A stretch of 61,988 nucleotides of DNA, counting the filler, from Dugesia japonica (taxonomy: Eukaryota): NCBI GenBank assembly GCA_001938525.1. It is 6 parts of 6 records of this genome, joined end to end, with 100 filler letters (N's around TTAATTAATTAA, not from the genome) between each part and the next. Parts side by side here need not be neighbours in the genome. Positions count along the whole stretch, not along the records: positions 45,344 to 53,584 come from MQRL01344921.1; positions 53,685 to 61,988 come from MQRL01608691.1; 4 more parts are not named here. One strand, given 5' to 3'. Shown here in pieces: positions 52,845-61,988 of the stretch (the first letter of the stretch is position 1; the number at the start of each line of letters is the position of its first letter). A program made the position numbers and the translations under genes. A model generated the notes under the pieces. It worked only from the letters and a program-made list of their open reading frames with translations. It had not been told where the DNA came from and made no database searches.

Positions 52845-53322
52845 CTCGGCTTCTTTCTTGAGAGCGATACATTTTTTTTATATCTAGTCACCTTACTATG
52901 GGCCGTGGCTATCTCGGCCTCCCATCGACGTTTGGCTAACTTATACAGATCCCAGGTGAGATCAAGGTCTTCACTAGTTTCCCGCAGCTTTTTATTTGGA
53001 GCCTGCGATTTATTTTATTAATCATGTAAATAACAAAATCCAGTAATATATTTTTAGTAGAGCCGAAGTTTACCTTAATCAATGTACGAAGGCATAATAT
53101 AAATAAACAATGAATAAAACACCTATTTATTCACAATTTAAAAAAATATCATTGGGGATCATTATTATTGTCGACATTGGGTGCCGTGTTTTCCATATCA
53201 GTCACTCCAGTTGGTTCTCTAACACCCCAGAGGAGATTAGATATAAAGGCCTGTACCGTGGGCGCTGGAGTGGGAGCGGGAGGCCGATATTGGAAGGATG
53301 TTGCAAGAGTTCGATCATGAGG
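52845..53322 (-). pseudogene. Decayed LTR cargo cassette: ORF A C-terminus (53322-53149) and ORF B N-terminal half (~53096-52845)
   Basis: APNKKLRETSEDLDLTWDLYKLAKRRWEAE matches ORF B at 61562. ISNLLWGVREPTGVTDMENTAPN matches the end of ORF 60885-61304. Confidence 0.8.
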
Positions 53323-53866
53323 ACTTCATTAAGAAAATAATAACAGTTTTATCACTATCCATAGTAATAATAACAAGCGCCACCATAGGAATAAACAGCG
53401 GGAGAAAAATTAATTTGACAACAATACTAATAATAGTATTCACTCCTAATTCTTTATTATAGAGTTAATCGTAATCGTGATCAATCGAAGTATATTTAAT
53501 TTTAGAGTTTATAGAATTGTTGGGGTGAAACACCAGATTAAGGAAAAAATAATGGCGTAAGTAGACACGGAATTCGAAAGATCTNNNNNNNNNNNNNNNN
53601 NNNNNNNNNNNNNNNNNNNNNNNNNNNNTTAATTAATTAANNNNNNNNNNNNNNNNNNNNNNNNNNNNNNNNNNNNNNNNNNNNTGAACTGTTCTAGAAC
53701 ATAAATTAATGGATTTTCATTCGACTATTCGATTTGCTATTTTAGGAAAATTTTCCCGGCTCCTACTTTGAGAACTACAACAAGATTCCAAATTAGTAAT
53801 TCAAAAATTTTAATTTAATTAATAATAGTTACAATAGAAAACGATAATAATAATAAGAAGAAACAT

Positions 53867-54669
53867 TTATTCACTATTTGCGTTAAGGTTACGACGCTTA
53901 CCCCTGTAAATGGCCTCTTGGAACAGACTCAACCAAAGTCTGATTGAACAAATACTATCATCATTTCCTGGGATCGGATATGTAATAAGACGTGGATCAC
54001 AATTAGAATCGACAATCCCAACTGTCGGAATTAGTAAATTTGCAGAATCTCTGATTGCCACGTGCGGTAGGAAAACCGAATTAAGACTGTGAACAAAGAT
54101 AACACAATCTGGTAAACGAGTTACAACTCCGTAAACACTTTCTGGTTCCGTAAAATGACTCCCTAACCATGGTCTGCAATGAGAATATTGTTCACATTGT
54201 TTGGCTACGTTTTCTACTAACGGTATAGTCTACACAAATATTATAAATAACGATAAATTGAATTACCTGAAGATGTCTGGAAATAAACAAAATTATGCCC
54301 CCTTGAGAAGAAATGTGAGCAATAAAATTCAAGGCTTCCCCTAGAAGTTTGATTGTTTTATTCAAGTCAAATATATCAATTCCTTGTCTGTTTCCAAACA
54401 AATATGGAGTCATGTAAGGATTTCTAACTGTATTCTTATGGCCCAAATGAATTCGAAATTTAAATAAATCTTCAACGGTACACAAATTCCTAACTCCAAA
54501 ATAATCATAAGTGGATAAGGGGTCTACTGAAACTTTAAAATCTTCATTAAATTTTAGACTGAAAATATTATATACTATTAGATTCTTGAATACTTGTTTG
54601 ATTAAATTTGTTAAAATATTTTAAAATATTCCATTTGATTAAAAGGTTAGATGCTTTTTGAAGAATCAT
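53867..54669 (-). CDS. MRPS2: Mitochondrial ribosomal protein S2 (uS2m)
   Basis: Exons 54669-54576 (or 54594; first exon tentative), 54526-54267 and 54229-53867. They read DPLSTYDYFGVRNLCTVEDLFKFRIHLGHK...DIFDL...RLPDCVIF...IPTVGIVDSNCDPRLITYPIPGNDDS. Confidence 0.95.
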
Positions 54670-55089
54670 TAAATTTTCTAAATAAATATGAACTAAGTAA
54701 ATATTGATGAAATTTTAATTTACAGGAATTTTGAATTTTATTTTTGAAATGATAATTTTTCGATATAACTAATACCAAATTAACACCAAATTAATTATAT
54801 AATATAATATTATATTATATTATATAATTAATAATAATTAAATGAACTAATAATTAACTTTATCAAAAGGCCCAAACTATTTTGAAAATCACTGAACATA
54901 TAGATATTTAAACAAGACAAAGAAAATACTATTTTTTAAGAATAGAATTAATTGCAATAAAACTATTTTTCATTATCTTTTATTTTATAAAACAAATATA
55001 ATAAATAATTTTTAGCTTATAACATTTTAAATAATACTATCTAAAATTAAAAATATTCTAACCCCAGAATATTAAACAAAGACATTGGT

Positions 55090-55435
55090 TAAAAATATTT
55101 TTCAATCTTTTTGCATTTTTTTCCAGTTTTAGAAAATATAACTATGTCATCAAGATTAGCAATTGTTTCCTTCCAATTGAAAGATCCTAAAACTTTTGTC
55201 ATTAAATTTTAAAATGTTACCAGTGGTATATGCTTAATAATTGGAATTCAATTGATGCAAAAGTGATCAATTTTTAAAAGAAAATATCTGGTATTTTCGA
55301 TTTTCTTCTAATTTTATCTGGTAGTGTTATTAAGATCTACCACTATAAAATATTATGATTCATTCAAAATATCAAGCAACCCTTCAGTCATAATTATTGG
55401 AAACAACTGTCTCTCAGTCATTCAATTCAATAATC
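55090..55435 (-). mobile_element. Ty3/gypsy RT relic
   Basis: MTKVLGSFNWKETIANLDDI and TERQLFPI. Confidence 0.75.
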
Positions 55436-55706
55436 TGTTGGGCCCGAACAGCCATTAAATTAAAGATTAGATTAGAGATCAGGACCGAATAAGGACAGAT
55501 AAGAAGATGCATTAAGCTTGGTTAACTAAAAGAATTAGATAAAGTGAAGAGATGGCGGAAAATAAAAGATATGAACTAATTTTGGATAGAAGAAACGAAT
55601 CTATAAAGGAAATCTAATAACAATTAAAAGAATTAATTAAATTATTAAAGATAAAAGTGGATTTCGAAGTTAACTTAATAATTATAATTATATAATTATT
55701 AAATAT

Positions 55707-56190
55707 GTTGGGGTCTTACCCTTGGTAGGTTGATTTATTACATGATTCCATCTAAGGGGGGTCGCACTTTATATGGAATTTTGTCTAGGGTGATTTACCC
55801 GGTCAAACCCCGTGATGAAATTGAATATGGTGTCCCCAAAAATCCAGATCTTCGGAATGTAGCCGTTGACTCGGTATTCGAGTGCAGACTCGCATTCCTT
55901 TCGTTTGGGTTCCTTTTCTATAGTACTCACTAAAGTATGATAATTATTCCGTCGATTTTGGTCAATGGTGTCAGTTTAGTAAAAGAATAAAATAAAACCA
56001 TATNNNNNNNNNNNNNNNNNNNNNNNNNNNNNNNNNNNNNNNNNNNNNNNNNNNNNNNNNNNNNNNNNNNNNNNCAAACTCGATCCGGAGCAAGCACTAG
56101 AGAATAGCATCCATCCCATTCATGTCCAATAGAGACTACAGCGGTCTTTCATAATGATCATTCATAACAATCCAGTCGGACATCGTTGCA
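55707..56190 (-). mobile_element. 3' part of a long LTR, homologous to 50183-50800
   Basis: tgttggggtcttacc terminus, plus shared ggtgtcc.caaaaatccagatcttc.gaatg.agccgttgactcg and cgatccg.agcaagc. Confidence 0.7.
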
Positions 56191-57076
56191 TCATTGTTCC
56201 ATTTGCATAAATACTCACTCGTTGTGTTAGTTTCGTTTTAATTTCCGTATTAAAATTGTGTATATTTTTTGTGAAAATTACATCAGTATTTATATCAGTT
56301 TTTTTAAGTAAAATAGCTGGAGATGTACCGTTAAAATATTATAATTGGAATAAGCATATTGACAGAATTATACTATAAAGTAAAACAAGGGTGAATTAGT
56401 TTTTATTTAATGAATTAAAACGAAAATAATAAAAATAGCAGCAAAATTATTTATAAAATAAAAGCTTCGATCAATTTTTTTTGGTTTTTGATGATATTTT
56501 AAATTTTCGAAAATTCGAAATATCATCTAAAACAAAAAAATTTGATCGACACTTTTATTATATGAAATCTGAAAAACGATCAATGGTCACATCCAACAAT
56601 TATTCTTGCAATAATTGTAATTGTAAAGAATAATTTAAATCATAATAAAAGGTTTATGAGTATTATTTGGTGAGTTTTATAAGTTCGAAAGCGATTATAA
56701 TAACGAGATTGTAGAATTATGCTTACTATATTATCGTTATTATTATTATTATTTAAAAACTACTTAGTTATGAATTTTATCACTATCATGGTGTTTTTAT
56801 TGGATATCGTAATGATCCAACACCCTATGATACTTTACAAAAATTGAAAACTGATGCCAACAAACTGACATTGTTTGGTTGACAAAAATTGAAAGTTTAC
56901 AAACTGTTTTAGCCTTCTCGTCCTGTTTTTCCTTTTAAAAAACGTGAAATCAAAACGAGTGCATTATCCATTCTTTTCAAGTTTTAATTCTACTAGTAAA
57001 ACGCGAATACAACTTCGAAAAATGATAAATCTATCTGATCATTCTGATATTGAATATTTTTATTCAGTAACAGAAA

Positions 57077-58162
57077 TGAGGGGGGTGAATTGATATTCTT
57101 GATGATTATTATTGTCAAAATATTGTAAAATTCTTGGCTATACTAAGAAAATTAATCATGAATCTCTTATAATTGTTGTTTCATCAATATTAGCAAGAAA
57201 AACACTATATTCATCCAACATTTATTCATGACAAAGTTTCTATGAATTGAAAAAACTGAATTAGAATAATTTTAATATTCCAACAAATATACTCAATAAT
57301 TATTTTAATAATTTTCTTGAAATATTATAAATTTCAAAAACTTTAATTAAAATATTTTAATTGCGCATATAAATTTGAAATAGAACAATTCAAATATCAT
57401 TCTCACATCCCCCTTCTTTAAGAAATCTTCTGATATTTTCAACAGTTCTTTCCATTGTCCGAACCAGATCATCTCGAATCAGATATCTTCGGCCATGTAT
57501 CTTTTTTACAACTAAGAATGGACCTACAAAACGATCCTGATCGTTATTTCTTGTTTCCTCGTTGATAAGCACTGCATCTCCAATATCGAATGTTCTCCTG
57601 GTTTGGTACGTAACCTTCAGTATATCGTTTACATTCTCGAACTCTAGTTGTCTAGATGGAAACCATCTTTCTCAGCTGATGTTTCTACGGTTTCTACCGG
57701 GCTTTTACCTGTTCTTTTCTGAACTATCGCATTCATCACAAATCCTATCTCTGGTAGAATTTCTGCCCAATTCTTAGCGTTTCTGTCTGCAATTGATGCT
57801 CCAATCCAGTCTCTGATAGTCCGAAATTGCCTTTCTACCTGTCCATTCGTATTATTGTGATAAGGACTTGAGAAACAATATTCAGTTTATTTAATTAGTT
57901 AGTTTATTTTTATATTTAGTTTAATATTCATCTCATCTGCAATTTTTTTCATTCTTGGTGATTCAAATANNNNACCACAATCTGTATGAATATACCTCGG
58001 AGCTCCTACCTTTAATATCCAGTTATCTTTTAATACACGAGTTATTGACTCTTCATCTTGTTTTCCTGTTGCTTTCAATGATATATATTTACTATTCTTA
58101 TCAATAATAGCCACGATATATTTCTTTTTTGAAATGTTTCTGACCATGGTTCTGCAATATCA

Positions 58163-58201
<39 letters not shown>

Positions 58202-58244
58202 TTCGCTCAAACGGTCTCGCAGACTCGGATTTTATAGTTTCTTC
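57077..58244 (-). mobile_element. Ty3/gypsy 3' end: integrase relic, PPT and short 3' LTR (57407-57077, 331 bp)
   Basis: WILKVGAPRYIHTDCG, SSPYHNN, RFVGPF. PPT aaagaaggggga (57408-57419) is followed by TGTGAG...CCCCTCA. Confidence 0.85.
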
Positions 58245-60885
58245 TGTTAGGGTGAAACACTCGTTAAAGAAAAAAGGAAAATAAGGCCAAAAGCTCAAAT
58301 TAGTAAAGAAGAACGGCAGGGATATTATAATCATCAATAATGGAATTTGAAAGGAGAAAAAATTAAGAACCCGGATAGGTAATAATGAAAATAACCATAA
58401 AAAAGAATAAAATAAAAGTGAAGATGGATACGAAGAACCAAGGTGAATAAAGCTAACACGCATCAATGTTAAGAATTAAAAGAAATTATTAAATTAATAA
58501 TAAAAGCCAAGAAAATTATTAAAGGAAATAATTAATTACCAGAAAAATATCAATTAATTTTGCAATAAAATAAAACAAAATTAATCAAAAAATTCGTTTT
58601 ATACGAATAACTTTGCTCAAGAAAGCCACATGAGCTTGGTACAAGAAAATTCGAGAAGAATTTTGTCAAAGTATTAGGATTTGGTCAATGGAAAATCTTA
58701 ACACTATCAAGAAGGTTTTTACAAGGGTTGGAAGAATGAACCAATAAGGGGCGAAAAATAAAAATAGAACAAAGAAATAACAATCACATGTCACTCCAAA
58801 ATATAAGCCAATTGAAGCACAAAAAACTCTACAAAAAATCTAAAAATTGGTAACACCTCCAATGAGAAACGCAAATTTCAAACTAAAAATAAGTAACCAA
58901 TGGCAATGATGTTGAAATGCATTAGAAAATCCTATAAAAGGACCCAGAATTTAAGATGAAAAGAAACAACTTTTACTACAATTTCCCTGAGTGACTTACG
59001 TATAAACTTGTTCACGAAAAAACGAGATTTTTCAAGTAGCACTACGTCCTCAATTGGATTACCAAAGAAATTGTAAGATCGCCGTTACTGATAAATTAAT
59101 TAACCGAGAACTTTATTAGATTTGTAGAAGAAAGTAGTCTAACCGAGTCAGAAGATAATTCATAGTGGAAATAATTAATTAGCTAACCAAAACCTGAACC
59201 TTAATCAAAGGCCACCGTTGCAGAATACTTTACCAAACAAATTACTTAGTAAGTAACACATCTATGTATTTTAATGTATTTTATTACATATATTTTATGT
59301 GAATGGAAATCAATGTTAATAAAATATAATATTTATCGAATAATTTAATCATTCAGTATTTGTGATAATAAATTATGAAATGATTACCTGATATTATAAG
59401 ATATATTTTTAGACAACCGCATTGAGTAATAATGTCTTCTTGTGTTACTAATTTTAGATACATGCGATCATACATAGATACATTCATAAACTGTATATTA
59501 CTTTAAGAAAATCTAGTCATTATCTGTTGCACCACTGTAACAATAGTTTACACAGTAGTTATATCGGGGAAAAGAAATAAAATCGACACTGATGCACATA
59601 CTGATATTTTATCTAATACAACCATGCACCGATATGAACATAATTTTTTGAGTGAGTATGCGCGAGGCACTAATAATTCATNNGTCTACCACTTGTTGTT
59701 GAAGTTTAAGTGACAAATGAATTACCTATGATCATCGATTAAATCATCGGAAAAAGGGATTCTTGTATAATAGAAAATATAATTAATTAATGGAAATATT
59801 TCGCCAGAAGACAACGAAATGCTCATTCTTGAGAAAAAACTCTCCCGAATCAGTGCGAGACAACCGTTCAGCCGTATCCATCCTATAAGACTAAGCACTG
59901 ATTTCTTTTCTCTTACTTGGCGTAAAAGATGTTCGGCAAACCTTAGCGATGTGAGCAAGTTTCGACAATAAAACGACGATAGGAAATTTCCCGGAAAATG
60001 TAATGATCCAAATTGCACTCATAAGAACAATCAATCTGGGTTGTAAGTAGTTATCACTGGAAGTGTCCTGAGTATACATAATGTGTTAACCTGTTCAAAC
60101 TAGAGTTCTGTTATCATCCAGAAATCATGATTTTAAGATCAGAAAGCTTATTTAGTTATCGTATGTGTTATTTATTATATGATTCGACTTTATTTGTTTT
60201 TGTTTGCTTAAATGTCGTTTGTATCCGATTCTCCAGCTACACGCCACCGACAGTTCCCGAGTTAGTAATTCATTTAATTTTTGAAAATCCCTCTAATAGT
60301 TCTAATATACTAGCAGGTAAAAAGTTGATTAAAAAACTTATTATGTATGGTTTTATGCGATTTTGAGTATTATGATCATGAATGAGGTTTTTGACACCTT
60401 TGTTATCTGCGTTATTGCATTTTGATCGTCCCTCAATTTTAATTGAATTTTTTGTTTTTGATGCAAGCACCGGTACTTGCCGTTTACGTTATTTCCTTTT
60501 GGTATTGCACTCAGAGATCATCGTATTTCTATCCCTTAATCTTAGTCTAAATCGTTCATTATACTTAGAGAATGCCTGTGCAACTAAAACATGCACTCAG
60601 GAAGATTAAGCTACAACGTAAGGCGGCCAGGTTAAGACAATTACTCGCTCATATATTGTCAAAGGGGAAAATCAAACATCCCGACGAAACCGACTTATGT
60701 TGTTTTGTTGAGAGGTTTCCACTGAATTTTCATGTGAACATCGACGCAGAATAAGAAAGGAATATGGTTAATGTTTTTTTGGATAATAAATTTGTTAAAT
60801 CTTTGTTTGAATTTTTTTATAAATCTAATTAATGAATTTAACGAAATTCGTCTATAAACACAAAACCAATTTTTATTTTTTCTAG

Positions 60886-61304
60886 TGAATCACAAATGGG
60901 AAGTTTTGTTGGACCGACGCACTGGTCGCACCATATTTAGGAAGTATACGAATCCCTATAATCTGAATGCGGGTGTTCTTATAAATTATTCAAATTTGTC
61001 CGAGGAGGATGCTGCGAACGAGCGTGAATGGGCCAAAGCCAAACGTCAGACTTTTTATGCTTGGAATGGCCCCAATCAAAGCCAAGAAGTATTTCATTCT
61101 ACCACCGCATTTCCACCTCTAAATACTGAGGAGATTGCGACTACCAGCGAATGGCGTGCAGGTCCGTCAGTGACCCCCATCTTGGTCGAGCATTTATCTC
61201 CCAACACAAGATTATACAGTGATATAGGTAACACTTTATGTGACCTGCGAAATATCGCTGACGGAGTTGAATCCGAAAATAATGCTCCTAATAATGAGAC
61301 GTGA
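60886..61304 (+). CDS. Cargo ORF A, open terminal exon of unknown function
   Basis: Polypyrimidine-TAG acceptor at 60885, then 139 open codons. A possible upstream exon ends at 60766 (phase-compatible 119-nt intron). C-terminal homolog at 53322-53149. Confidence 0.6.
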
Positions 61305-61507
61305 CATTGATAACACTAGTAGTTGTTTTTATTAAGTGCTGTATTAATAATAATAATTTTTGTAATTTCACCACCAGTCTTATGTCTTCTCGTTTGATTA
61401 GGATTATTATTCTTTATAAATAGGAACAATTCGTAAGTAACATCTAGCTTATTTTAAGGCTATGATTTGTGAAGGTGTGTTCTTTTGTCTACACTAATTA
61501 ATTGTAG

Positions 61508-61894
61508 ACTCCACTAATGATTCTTTTTGATTTAGTGCATTCCTTGTTAACTCGTACCATAGCACCCACCAAAAAGTTACGTGAAGTCGACGAGGACCAA
61601 GAGATGAGTTGGGACCTCTATCGTCTAGCCAAGAGAGGCTGAGAAGCGGATGTCATGAATTCCACCAGCAAAGTGAAAAGATATAAGACAAGATGTCTTG
61701 CTTTTAAAAAGGAAGCCGAAGCCTCGCACACACAGGAACGTGTGTAAAAGGGGCAGGTAGAGTCTTTTGCAGAAATAATCCGGTCCTACCAATACCGAGA
61801 GAATAAATTGGTTAATGGCATCTTGGAATTACGGAAAAGGATACCCCTTAAACCACTGTTGATAGATAAAAGCACACAAACCTCTCGGCCATAA
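61508..61894 (+). pseudogene. Cargo ORF B, helical/coiled-coil-like protein ending LIDKSTQTSRP, with two premature stops
   Basis: TPLMILFDLVHSLLTRTIAPTKKLREVDEDQEMSWDLYRLAKRG*EAD...RV*KGQVESFAEIIR...ENKLVNGILELRKRIPLKPLLIDKSTQTSRP*. Both stops align to Trp in other copies. Confidence 0.8.
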
Positions 61895-61988
61895 CTAATT
61901 ATGCCTATAAATAAATGTCTCCTTGCTTTATAATGACTTATTTTGTTGTCTATCTTTAAAAAACAGGATTTTCTTCCTGATTACATAT

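Larger units (their letters stand above)
58245..61988 (+). mobile_element. Long LTR-like element (TGTT[AG]GGGTGAAAC family) followed by cargo ORFs D, A and B; runs off the window
   Basis: The 5' 1.1 kb is collinear with 27594-28700: CCAAT boxes, TATAAAA at ~58933, AATAAA at ~59318. Downstream ORFs recur in other family copies. Continuity from LTR to cargo is inferred. Confidence 0.65.

Noticed and set aside
61640-61747. Stop-codon reassignment (TGA/TAA aligned to Trp in ORF B)
   Set aside because: Host genes in the window use standard stops and TGG for Trp. Other copies have stops and frameshifts at different places, so this is ordinary pseudogene decay.

Overview
Very AT-rich animal genomic DNA with tiny (37-60 nt) GT-AG introns and many N-gaps. 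It is plausibly a triclad planarian, but that is inference only. Five identical artificial 100-bp linkers (44 N + TTAATTAATTAA + 44 N) split the window into six pieces that need not be neighbours. Host genes read by manual translation: 9 exons of an L-type Cav1 alpha-1 subunit (repeat III pore to IVS6, minus), the Ig-Ig-TM part of a Kirre/NEPH-like adhesion protein (plus), the first 3 exons of SFI1 (minus), a near-complete MRPS2 (minus) and an unrecognised MGCGS-starting gene (plus). The rest is mostly decayed transposons: Ty3/gypsy pol, Tigger/pogo, mariner, MULE, RLE-type LINE, Helitron-like and MITEs. The first highlight is a long LTR-like family starting TGTTGGGGTGAAAC. It appears to carry inside the LTR a cassette of small non-gag/pol genes (here ORF A, B, C and an antisense ORF D). 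Diverged copies occur in four separate pieces with codon-level conservation, and one ORF B ends in an LC8-type KSTQT motif. The second highlight is an antisense copy of the Cav1 IVS6 exon inside a Cav1 intron, able to form a ~100-bp pre-mRNA duplex. All family assignments are by motif recognition; no database search was run.
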